This document shows positions 26,370-37,089 of a stretch of DNA of 64,000 nucleotides, piece after piece (position 1 is the first letter of the stretch; the number at the start of each line of letters is the position of its first letter). The notes beneath the pieces are model-generated. The model saw only the letters and a program-made list of their open reading frames with translations, was not told the DNA's origin and did no database searches. The DNA is from Mobula hypostoma (taxonomy: Eukaryota): contig NC_086107.1 in the NCBI RefSeq assembly GCF_963921235.1, positions 109,494,001 through 109,558,000 of the forward strand. The letters are read 5' to 3'. The translations under genes and the position numbers were made by a program.

Positions 26370-27000
26370 AGGCACAAGGTAGTGATGTGCTCTCTTTTAC
26401 GTCCTCCAATTTGTTTCGGGCCTCCTCTACACGGGTGAGACCCGAAGTTTATTGGGTGACCACTTTGTCGAGCACCTCCGCTCCAGCCACCAAAAGTGGT
26501 ATTTCCCAGTGGCCAAACGTTTTAATTCCTATCCCTGTTCCCGTTGTAACATGTCAGTTCCTGGCCTCCTCCTCTGCCTCGATGAAGCCACTCTGAGGGT
26601 GCAGGAGAAACCCCTCATATCCCATCTGGGTAGCCTCCAACCCGATGGCATGGACACTGATTTCTCCTTCCAGTAATTGTTTCCTTCTTCTTCTATTCCC
26701 CACTCCTCACCTCCTCACCTGCCTATCACCTCCCCTGGGTCCCCTCCTCCCTCCCTTTTCCTCCTGTCCTAGCAGATTCCTCCTTCTCCAACCCTTTACC
26801 TTTTCCATCCACCTAGCTTCACCTATCACCTCCTAGCCACCTCCTTCTTCACCCCCCCCACCCCCACACCTTTTCATTCCGGCATCTTCCCCCTTCCTTC
26901 TCAGTCCTGAAGAAGGGTCTCGGCCTGAAACAGCGACCGATCATTCATTTCCATGGCTGCTGCCCGACCTGCTGGGTTCCTCCAGCATTTTGTGTGTGAC
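26370..27000 (+). mobile_element. Degenerate Penelope-like 3' end directly upstream of the signal-peptide exon
   Basis: LGDHFVEH...LGSLQPDGM homology with 14550-14790; hammerhead-like CTGAAGA...GAAAC at 26907-26930. Confidence 0.75.
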
Positions 27001-27027
27001 GCTCTCTCTCTCTATTTTCAGCGAACG

Positions 27028-27110
27028 ATGCTGACGATGCAACTCCCCCTCTCGCTGATCCTGGCGTGCGCGATGGTGGCGGCGATGGATTCAGACCATT
27101 ACTCCCTCAG
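27028..27110 (+). CDS. CGRP-like precursor, first coding exon (signal peptide MLTMQLPLSLILACAMVAAMDSDHYSL-R)
   Basis: Acceptor ctctctctctctattttcag|cgaacg ATG (exon starts 27022), hydrophobic signal-like core, donor AG|gtgagt. 83 coding nt ending in phase 2 within an Arg codon, as in CALCA exon 2. Confidence 0.85.
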
Positions 27111-27339
27111 GTGAGTTATCCTCCGTCTCTGTGTTTCCCTTGCCCCCCCCCCCCCCCCCACGACCCCCTCAATTCCTGACCCTGATCGGTAGCTGGTGGC
27201 CAGTACAGGCTAGATGGGCTGAAGGGCTCATCTCCTTGTGTAAAGAATGATTGGCTATGACTGCAGGGCTGAGTGATCTCCAGGTAGCTGAAGTCTGAGG
27301 TGACTGTAAAAAGAGGCAAAGGACGTCGTTCTTCCTTGT

Positions 27340-27970
27340 GGGAACAAAACCTTTGTGAGACACACACAAAGTATTGGAGGAACTCAGCTGGTCAGGTGGC
27401 ATCTATGGAGGGAAAAAAACATTATTTTGGGCTGAGACCTTTCCTCGGCACTGGAAAGGAGAGGGGGAAGAAGGTGGGGAGTGGGGAAGGGAGTTCAAGC
27501 AGGCAGGAGATAGGTGAGAGACCAGATGAGGGGAAAGGTAGGGCTGGTGGTGATGAAGTAAGAAACTGGAAGGGGATAGGTGGAAGAAGTAAAGGGCTGA
27601 AGAAGAAGGAATCTGATAGGAGAAGACAGTGGACTTTGGGAGAAAGGGAAGGAGGAGGGGAAGCAGAGGAAGGTGATGGGCAGGTGAGGAGGAGGGAAGG
27701 GGTGACAGCGTCACTCGAATGGGGAAATTACGGAACGTTGGAGATATCGATGTTCATGCCATCAGGTTGGAGGCTACCCAGACGGAATACAAGATGTTGC
27801 TCCTCCACCCTGAGTTTGGCCTCATCGTGGCAGTAGAGGAAGCCTTCAACAAGACAGGTCAGAATGGGAGTGGGAAGTCAAAATGAAGCAGGTAGCCACC
27901 AGGAGACCCTGTCTTCTGTGGTGGACAGGGCAAAGGTTCTCTCCTCATTCTGCTTCAGGCCTCTCCAGTG
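27340..27970 (-). mobile_element. Degenerate Penelope-like 3' end
   Basis: Reverse complement of the EATLRVEEQHLVFRLGSLQPDGMNID segment plus purine-rich 3'UTR. Confidence 0.75.
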
Positions 27971-29102
27971 TAGGGTCAGAGGTTAGGAGGTGTTACGCTA
28001 AAGGATAGCAAATCACTTGGGTCTGCCGAGCTTCCGTTGAGCTCAGCCATGCTGACATTTAATTACCTGACAGTTGGCAGGGGCTATTGGACCACTACGT
28101 GCCTCTCAACCGAGTCTAGCCAATATTACCAGAGACACAGCAATCACAGACCAGGGTTCGATTCCCACCGCTGCCTGTAAGGAATCTCTACGCACTCCCC
28201 ATGACAGTGTGGATTTCCTCAGGGAGATCTGATCTCCTCCCACAGCCCAATGACGTACAGTTAGGGTTAGGGAGTTGTGAGTAAGCTTTGTTGGCACTGG
28301 AAGCATGGCGCCATTTACGGGCCGCGCCCAGCACCACCCTAGCTTTTTGATTTGATGCAAATGACGCATTTCTCTATACCTTTCAATGTGTTGATGTACA
28401 TGTGACAAATACAGCCGATCTTTTAGCGTCCTGCCGAAGGGTTTCAGCCCAAAATATCGACTGTGCTTTTTCTCCCTAGATGCTGCCTGTCCTGCTGAGT
28501 TCCTCCAGCTTTCTGTGTGTGTCTTTTAGTTTATCTTTTTATCCGTGTGGGGGGATAAACTCAGCATTTTAGGATGAGTCCTCCCATCAGGACTCAGCCC
28601 AGAACGTCGACTGCTTATTCCCCTCCTTAGATGCTGCCCGAGCAGCCGAGTTCCTCCACCATTTTACGCGTGTTTCTCGATATTTCCAGCACCTTTTGTG
28701 TTTACGGAGGTGAAAACCCAAAGATTCTTCCCTCTTCCCCCACCAATTCCTCTTTCTGCTCCACCTAAGCTGTGCAGAACAGAAATCTGAATCGTTTCAC
28801 TTGCCTAATAACGCCCCGGCTGATGTATATTGAGACATTGTTGGAGGGGAAGGTTGAATTTTGTTATGCTGGACAGTATTTAAGACACAGTTCACAATTT
28901 CGGGAAGTCCCAAAGAACTTCAGAGCGAATGAGGTAACTATGAAACTGGAGTGCTATTTTAACGTAGGAAGTGTGGTAACTGGGTCGCTCACACGCTATG
29001 TTCCCACAACTGATGTGATAATGACCAGATGATCCGGCTACTGATGCCAAAAAAAAAAGGCAGGAGTGGATCTGTGGGTCAAGCAGAATTTGGGGTGGAT
29101 GA

Positions 29103-29580
29103 TTTTTTTTAATTTCAAAATATACTTTATTCAAAAATATAATTATATTCAATAACTTCCCATCCTTTACATACGTTCCCATTATAGTCAGTACATATCC
29201 GTACTTATGGCCAGCCACGTGGCACTCTAGTTGTTCACCTTACCACATCGTTGTTGAGGGGTATACTCCCCGCCACCCGACCCCTCCCACTCCCGCGGGT
29301 GAAGAAACCTATACTGTGCTCCTTCCCCACCGGGCCCTTGCGGTGGCTGCACCGAGTTTCAGTGCGTCCCTCAGCACGTACTCCTGCAGCCGAGAATGTG
29401 CCAGTCGGCAGCATTCTCCCACGGACATCTCCATGTGCTGGTAGATCATCAAGTTTCGGGCCGACCAAAGAGCATCTTTCACCGAGTTGATGATCTGCCA
29501 GCAGCACCGGATGTTGGTCTCCGTGTGCGTCCTCGGGAACAGCCCGTAGATCAGAGAGTCCTCTGTTACGCAGCTGCTGC
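29103..29580 (-). mobile_element. L1/Tx1-like LINE 3' end
   Basis: Minus translation SCVTEDSLIYGLFP...CCWQIINSVKDALWSARN...LQEYVLRD typical of the Tx1/L1 ORF2 C-terminus; AATAAA and A-tail on minus near 29103-29132. Confidence 0.7.
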
Positions 29581-29843
29581 TGATGTTTCAGATTGAGACC
29601 CTGCGTCAGGACACGACCCAAAACATCAACCTCCCCGCATGCTACCTGACCCACTGAGTACCTCCACTGACTTGTTTGCCTTTCCTCCAGAGTACATACA
29701 TTTTCTTAGAAGCTTGCAAAGTTTCTGCATGTCACTTGAAACTTTGGCCAGCTTCTATAGGTGCACAGTGGAGTGTCTTCCAACTGACTGCACCACAGCC
29801 TGGTATGGAAACGCCAATGCCCAGGGATGGACATGTCTGCGGG

Positions 29844-30263
29844 TGTAATGAGCTCTTTGGGCCTGTGTGGGGCGCCGGAGAGGCACGGGCGCCAAGGCTT
29901 TTGGAGCTCCTGAATTGGTTAATTATTGTTTAATGAGAATCGTTTATTCATCTAAAGTTCCTTGAGTTTTTCTTGAGCGACCCGCACTTTGTTATTGGTC
30001 TCCTTGTGCTTTATGTTTAAGCTTGTTAAGTTCATATTTATAGGCTTAGGAATTCCGTGTTATTTGTATTATTTAAGCGGAAGTCCAAATTGCGCTGATC
30101 GCGGGGTCCTAGTTTTAAGAATGTTGCTTCTCGCGGTGTTGCTCGGCCGAGCTGCCGGTGTTATTTTGGAATTTTTTCAAATAAATTCTTGCCGCCGTCT
30201 CTTCATCGGAGTCTGTCCTTCCCCCGCGCTTGGGTCCAGATATTGCCAGCGGACGTCGTGATA
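29844..30263 (+). mobile_element. Possible solo LTR interrupting an L2/Rex-type LINE fragment (29690-30740)
   Basis: Begins TGTAATG, internal TATTTAAG and AATAAA, ends GTGATA (degenerate); LINE sequence continues on both sides; no clean TSD. Confidence 0.4.
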
Positions 30264-31789
30264 AGAGAGCGTGGACACAGCCCAGCCCATCACAGGCAAG
30301 GCCCCCGCTCCCCACCACCACCGAGCACATTTACAAGGAGCACTGCCACGAGAAAGCAGCCGCCATGATCACAGATCGTCACCGTCCGGGCCGTGCTCTC
30401 TTCTCGCTGCTGCCTTCGGGAAGGAGGTACAGGAGCCTTAGGTCCCACGCCACCAGGTTCAGGGTCAGTTATTACCCCTCAACCATCAGGCTCCTGAACC
30501 AGAGTGAATAACCTCACTCACCTCAACACTGAACTGATCCCACAACCTATAGACTCACTTTCAAGGACCTGACAACTCGTGTTCTCAGTATTATTTCCTT
30601 ATTTATTTTCATAATTTGTCTTATTTTGCACATTATTTGTCAGTCTTCTTTTGTGTATAGTTTTTCATAAATTCTATTGTATTTCTTTATTTTCCTGTAA
30701 ATGCCCACAAGAAAATGAATCTCAGGGTAGTATAGAGTGACATGCTCGGTGACCATTTAAGGTATCGCCTACACAAAATACTCTGCAGATGCTGGGGTCA
30801 AAGCAACACTCACAACACGCTGGAGGAAGTCAGCAGGTCGGGCAGCATCCGTGGAAACCATCAGTCAACGTTTTGGGCCGAGGCCCTTTGTCAGGACTGT
30901 AGAGGGAAGGGGCAGAGGCCCTATAAAGAAGGTGGGGGGAGGGTGGGAAGGAGAAGGCTGGTAGGTTCCAGGTGAAAAACCAGTAAGGGGAAAGATAAAG
31001 GGGTGGGGGAGGGGAAGCAGGGAGGGGATAGGCAGGAAATAGTAGTCATAGTATTCATAGTCATACTTTATTGATCCCAGGGGAAATTGGTTACGGGGGA
31101 AAGCACAATGGGTAGTAGAAGGAAGCGGAACGATGAGGGAGGTGATAGGCAGCTGGGGGAGGGGGCAGAGTGAAATAGGGATGGGGAAGGGAGGGGGAGG
31201 GAATTACTGGAAGTTGGAGAATTCTATGTTCATACCAAAATACCATATCACTGATCTAACACTTGTCTGCTTCTCTGTCTCTGCTCTGCCACCTCTCCAT
31301 TTCTCACCCTCTTGCGACGACGACAATTCATTTCCTCCCACAGACACTACTTGACCTGTTGGGTTCCTCCAGCAGAGAGCTTGCTACTTCCGGCATCTGC
31401 CCTCTCTGGTATCTCCAGCCCCGTTTCTTTCCCTCCTTGCAAGTCGGTCTCTGATCAATAATTAAGATTCAAGATTCAAGTTCAAAGTTCAAAGTAAATT
31501 TATTATCAAAGTGCATATACGTCACCCTGCGATTCATTTTCTTGAGGGCATTCTCAATAAATCTATAGAAATATAACTGAGAGAGAATCAATGAAAGACT
31601 GCACCAACTAGGGCGTTCAACCAGTGTGCAAAAGACAACAAACTGTGCAAATAGAAAAAGAAAGAAAGAATAATAATAATAAACTAAGCAATAAATATTG
31701 AGAACATGCGATAAAGATGATACTGCAGTATTAAAGCCAGGACCAACAGGCTATGGGACAGCTTCTTTCTACAAGCTTTCTACAATGTA

Positions 31790-33005
31790 ACTATGGAAAT
31801 GGACATGGGAAAGCCAGTGGATGTAGTGTACCTGGACTTTCAGAAAACCTTCGATAAGGTCCCACATTGGAGGTTAGTGTGCAAAATTAGAGCAAATGGT
31901 ATTGGGGGTAGGGTACTGACTTGGATAGAAAATTGGTTGGCAGACAGGAAACAAAGAGTAGGGATTAATGGGTCCTTTTCAGAATGGCAGGCGGTGACTA
32001 GTGGGGTACCGCAAGGCTCGGTGCTGGGACCGCAGCTATTTACAATATACATTAATGATTTAGATGAAGGGATTAAAAGTAACATTAGCAAATTTGCCGA
32101 TGACACAAAACTGGGTGGCAGTGTGAAATGTGAGGAGGATGTTATGAGAATGCAGGGTGACTTGGACAGGTTGGGTGAGTGGGCAAGTGCATGGCAGATG
32201 CAGTTTAATGTGGATAAATGTGAGGTTATCCACTTTGGTGGGAAGAACAGGAAGGCAGATTACTATCTGAATGGTGTCAAGTTAGGAAAAGAGTAAGTAC
32301 TACGAGATCTAGGTGTCCTTGTTCATCAGTCACTGAAAGTAAACATGTAGGTACAGCAGGCAGTGAAGAAAGCTAATGGCATGCTGGCCTTGATAACAAG
32401 AGGAGCTGAGTATAGGAGCAAAGAGGTCCTTCTGCAGTTGTAAAGGGCCCTGGTGAGACCACACCTGGAGTCTCCAAATTTGAGGAAGGACATTCTTGCT
32501 ATTGAGGGAGTGCAGCGTAGGTTCATGAAGTTAATTCCCGGGATGGCGGGAATGTCATATATTGAAAGATTGAAGCGACTGGGGTTGTATACACTGGAAT
32601 TTAGAAGGATGAGAGGGGATCTGATTGAAACATATAAGATTATTAAGGGATTGGACACGCTAGAGGCAGGAAACATGTTCCCGATGTTGGGGGAGTCCAG
32701 AATCAGAGGCCACAGTTTAAGAATAAGGGGTAGACAATTTAGAACGGAGTTGAGGAAAAACTTTCTCACACAGAGGGCTGTGGTTCTGTGGAATGCTCTG
32801 CCTCAGAAGGCAGTGGAGGCTAATTCTCTGGATTCTTTCAAGAAAGAGTTAAATAGAGCGCTTAAAGATAGTGGAATCAAAGGTTATGGGGATAAGGCAG
32901 GAACTGGGTACTGATTGTGGATGATCAGCCATGATCACAGTGAATGGCAGTGCTGGCTCGAAGGGCTGAATGGCCTACTCCTGCACCTATTGTCTGTTGT
33001 CCATT
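31790..33005 (+). mobile_element. Young CR1 LINE, same subfamily as 9154-10130, with stop codons
   Basis: YLDFQKTFDKVPH, SGVPQGSVLGP, FADDTK; nearly identical to 9154-10130 over the overlap. Confidence 0.92.
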
Positions 33006-34376
33006 GTCATTAGACTTTTAAATTCACATGTCTGTACGGGGTCATAACACAAAGGTTTTAACTTCCTCATGTTCTGGGATGGTTGTAAGATTTAAATAAA
33101 TTCTAATTTTTTTGAGTGAAGAATCCTAGAAAGTGAATGCATAGGTTGTGGGAACGTTTCAATGATGGGGGAAGTGAAGTTATTCCCGTTGGTCAGATGT
33201 ACATGGAAACATACAGTGAAATGTATTGTTTGTATTAACAACCAACACACCTGAGGGCGTGCAGAGGCAGCCCACAAGTGTTGCCACACAGTCTGGCACC
33301 ACCATACCCACAGTGCTCAGCAGAACGACACGGAGCACGAAAAGGAGCAAATAACAGTCGCGAAGGCAAGTCCCGTTCCTGCCGCCCGCCCACTCGTCCA
33401 CAGATACATACAGTCCTTTATCTCCAGGCTCCAGCCCCCCAGGCTCCAACTGTGGAAGTGTCCATAACACCACAGGACATTCGAGCAGAATCTGGCCACT
33501 TGGCCCATCAATTCTGTTCCACCAAGGCTGATATAGTCCCCTTCTCAACCCCATTCTCCTCCCTTCTCCCCGTAAGCTTTGACGCTGTGAGGTAATCAAG
33601 GACTAACAGCCATCACTTTAAATGACTTGTATGTATGAAACAAGATGTTGTTGAGGCTGGTAGAACATCCACATTTGAGAGACATTTGGATCAGTACGTA
33701 TTTCCTGACTATTCTGTCCACTGACAGTCTGTGTATCCATCCATCCATCTCCCTGCTCTTCTTAACTCTCTGTCCATCTCTCTCACTCTTTCTCTCTGTC
33801 TGTTCATCTCTCTCTCCCTGTCCATTTCTCCCTCGTGCATCTCTTTATCTGTTCATCTCTCCCTCTCCGTCTCTGTCTCTCTGGCTTCATCAATCCTCTC
33901 CCTGTGACTCTGTCACAATGTCTACCCCCTTGTCGAGACCTGCCCACCGTGTCTCTGTCAGTGCAGTGTTCCCTCAGGACGGAGGGATGGCATCAGAGAG
34001 GACCGGGGAGGGGTGTCGCTGTCGCACAGCGGTTAGCGTGACGACGGTGCAGCTCCCAGCGTCTCTGTACATCCCCCCTGTGAGATGCGTGGGTTTCCCC
34101 CCGGGAGCTCTGGATTCCTCCGAAGTTGTGCCGGGCAGATTAATTCGTCATTGTGAATTGTCCCGTGGTTAGGTTAGGGTTAATTGGGGTTGTGCGGTTA
34201 AATCAGGGTCATTGGGTTCGCTGGGCAGTGTGAAAGGCCAATTCCACTCTGTATCTCAATTAATAAAATAAAAACATACCAACAGCCTCTGACGTGGGCG
34301 AGACTTCTGCTGATGTGTTGAATGCTTTGATTTTTACACCACAGCAAGTGACAATCAACCCTTCAATGTGTTTCAG

Positions 34377-34514
34377 ATCCCCGGGCAGCCCAAACCTGGG
34401 GAAGGTTCTCATTCGCCATGTGGACGGACGTTATTTACCAGGACTGAGGCAGAGGCAGCTGCCCCAGCCTGTGGCAGGCTACGTGCAGGATCATCATAAC
34501 CAGAGACTGAGACG
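34377..34514 (+). CDS. CGRP-like precursor, second coding exon (propeptide R-SPGSPNLGKVLIRHVDGRYLPGLRQRQLPQPVAGYVQDHHNQRLR-R)
   Basis: Acceptor atgtgtttcag|A, donor CG|gtatct (weaker). 138 nt, phase 2/2, open frame; joins both flanking exons in frame. Size is close to CALCA exon 3 (~141 nt). Confidence 0.75.
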
Positions 34515-34644
34515 GTATCTCCCATCTATCAACATCTCCCTCTCCTTCTGTTTGTCTGCACTCCTGCCTGTTTGTCACCCCTCTCTTCCTTTGCTTATCC
34601 GTCTCCTTCAGTCACGTCGCCATTTTTCCATCTGCCTTGCTCTC

Positions 34645-35462
34645 TCCCTGACTGCTCACCTGTGTCCCCTCTCTCCCTAACTGCTCACCTGTGTCCCCTC
34701 TCTCCCTGACTGCTCACCTGTGTCCCCTCTCTCCCTAACTGCTCACCTGTGTCCCCTCTCTCCCTGACTGCTCACCTGTGTCCCCCCTCTCCCTGACTGC
34801 TCACCTGTGTCCCCTCTCCCCCGGCTGCTCACCTGTGTCCCCCCTCTCCCCGACTGCTCACCTGTGTCCCCTCTCCCCCTGGCTGCTCACCTGTGTCCCC
34901 CCTCCCCCGACTGCTCACCTGTGTCCCCCTTCCCCCGGCTGCACACCTGTGTCCCCCTTCCCCCGGCTGCACACCTGTGTCCCCCCTCTCCCCCGGCTGC
35001 ACACCTGTGTCCCCCCTCTCCCCCGGCTGCACACCTGTGTCCCCCCTCTCCCCCGGAAGCTCACCTGTGTCCCCCCTCTCCCCCGGCTGCTCACCTGTGT
35101 CCCCCCTCCCCCGACTGCTCACCTGTGTCCCCCCTCCCACGGCTGCACACCTGTGTCCCCCCTCCCACGGCTGCACACCTGTGTCCCCCTCCCCCGGCTG
35201 CACACCTGTGTCCCCCCTCTCCCCCGGCTGCACACCTGTGTCCCCCCTCTCCCCCGGCAGCTCACCTGTGTCCCCCCTCTCCCCCGGCTGCTCACCTGTG
35301 TCCCCCCTCTCCCCCGGCTGCTCACCTGTGTCCCCTCACTCCCCCGACTGCTCACCTGTGTCCCCCCTCTCCCGACTGCTCACCTGTGTCCCCCCTCTCC
35401 CGGCTGCTCACCTGTGTCCCCCCTCTCCCGACTGCTCACCTGTGTCCCCTCTCTCCCTGACT
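34645..35462 (+). repeat. C-rich minisatellite, ~28-30 bp unit CTGCTCACCTGTGTCCCCCCTCTCCCCGG, roughly 28 copies
   Basis: Direct reading; produces the spurious Pro/Cys-rich ORFs at 34778-35509. Confidence 0.95.
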
Positions 35463-35659
35463 CTGTTTTAGTGTCTGTTTTCTCTTTCTGCCTGCCTGGT
35501 TCTTCCTGACTTTCATCTCTGTGTTCTTTCTCCCTCTCTGTGTCTCTCTGCCCTAACGTTTCTCTGTCTGCAACGCTGACAATATTTCTCTGCCTATGTG
35601 TGTCTCTTTGCCATAGTGTTCGACCGCCGGTTCAACTATCTGCCTGCCTGTCACATCCC

Positions 35660-36010
35660 TGATCCTTCTCTCTCACTTTCACTCTCTCTCTCCCCTTTCT
35701 CTCTCTCCTCCTCTTTCTCTCCCTTTCTCACTCCCTTTTTCTCTCTCCCCTTCCTCTCCTCCCTTTCTCTCCCCTTCCTCTCCTCTCTCTCCCCTGCCTC
35801 TCTCTCTCTCTCTCTCTTGCCCTCTCCCTCTCTCCTTCTCCCCTGCTCTTTTTCTTCCTCTCCTCTCCCATGTTTTTCTTCTCCTTCTCCACCCCGCCTC
35901 CCTCTTTCGCTCTTGCTCTCTCTGTCGCTTCTGAGAACCCGTGCCACCAGTTTTGGTTATAATTTTTTTCTCACTTTGTGCTTCTGTGTGTGTGTGTGTG
36001 TGTGTGTGTC
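35660..36010 (+). repeat. (CT)-rich polypyrimidine tract and (TG)n microsatellite upstream of the CGRP exon
   Basis: Direct reading. Confidence 0.85.
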
Positions 36011-36139
36011 TTCTTTACAGTCCATCTATCAGGCTGCATCCTCTCTCCCTGTCCCGCCACTGCCCTGATCGTCTCAGCCCGCACCCCCCATTTCAGACCA
36101 TTTTAACCCCCGCGCTCCTCTCCCCGATATCTGCTGCAG

Positions 36140-36308
36140 GCTCCTCCCGCTCCACAAGCAGAAGCGTTCCTGTAACACGGCAACGTGCGTGACCATCCGC
36201 CTGGCCAACTTCCTCAGCCGCTCCGGGGCAATGGGCAGCAGGAGCTTCATTCCCACCGACATCGGGGCGAAAGCGTTTGGGAGGAAGCGTCGCGGCCTTC
36301 CAATGTAG
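36140..36308 (+). CDS. CGRP-like precursor, mature-peptide exon: LLPLHKQKR-SCNTATCVTIRLANFLSRSGAMGSRSFIPTDIGAKAF-GRKRR-GLPM*
   Basis: Acceptor ctgctgcag|G (phase 2). KR cleavage site, C2-C7 ring (CNTATC), 37-aa peptide at 36168-36278 ending in Phe, amidation Gly plus RKRR, stop TAG 36306-36308. Clear CGRP-family layout; orthology unresolved, so no symbol given. Confidence 0.95.
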
Positions 36309-36959
36309 GAGCTCCGCTGTCCTGCACAGGTAGAGCCGGCCGCTGAATATCCAGCGGCGGGACTGTAACGTCAGGATCACAGTTTGCAGGTTACTGACTT
36401 GCCTACCGCCGGTTACGCCACTGGCGTTTCGGGCAGCGGTGAATGTCCTCCATTTCTGGTGGTGTTCAGAGCTTCCTTCATCGTGTCCGTAGCTCGGTTT
36501 TCACTACTGTCAGTCATGCATGTCCGGGATAGAGACTCAGGAATACCATCACACTCAGATATAGAAGGATTCTTCGTGGTCGTGAAACAGTTTTGCTTTA
36601 CCAGTCAGGGTTGTTAGCCCTGAGCTGAACCCCCGAATCTGGACCTCTACTCTTTGACCTGTTTGGGATGGATGACCCTACCAAAGCATAGAGCCCTGAC
36701 TCCAACCAACATAGCTCTCCGGGTCATTGAGGAGCACAAGTCTCCAAGCCACAACAAGGTTGAGGCCCTCCTGGAGGTTTGCAGTTTACACACCTGGGTT
36801 AACATCTGCATTGCAAGATTGTCTCATATACAGGTCTTAAGATCTGGATGATGAGATCTGGATTGTGTCTTTCAAGTCTCATTGTTGGGGTTGTAACATC
36901 TGCTTAGTAGAATGTGAGGGTTAACTTGAAACATCTGGATCCCAATAGCTATATTGTAA

Positions 36960-37089
36960 ACAACAGGAATTCTGCAGATGCTGGAAATTCAAGCAACACA
37001 CATCAAAGTTGCTGGTGAACGCAGCAGGCCAGGCAGCATCTCTAGGAAGAGGTGCAGTCGACGTTTCAGGCCGAGACCCTTCGTCAGGA
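36960..37089 (-). mobile_element. Short Penelope 3'-end insertion carrying an intact hammerhead motif (37055-37091)
   Basis: Reverse complement of ~15087-15217; TSD CTATATTGTAA at 36949-36959 and 37090-37100. Confidence 0.85.

Noticed and set aside
34778..35509. Long Pro/Cys-rich ORFs (243, 217, 192 and 134 aa)
   Set aside because: Translations of the minisatellite, open in several frames at once.
36021..36192. Alternative acceptor at 36020 extending the peptide exon
   Set aside because: It is 119 nt upstream of 36140, shifts the frame and loses the peptide.
36140..36308. Calling the gene IAPP, adrenomedullin or CALCA outright
   Set aside because: The Phe-amide end, SRSG and three coding exons argue against IAPP and ADM; the missing calcitonin exon and divergent proregion prevent a confident CALCA call.
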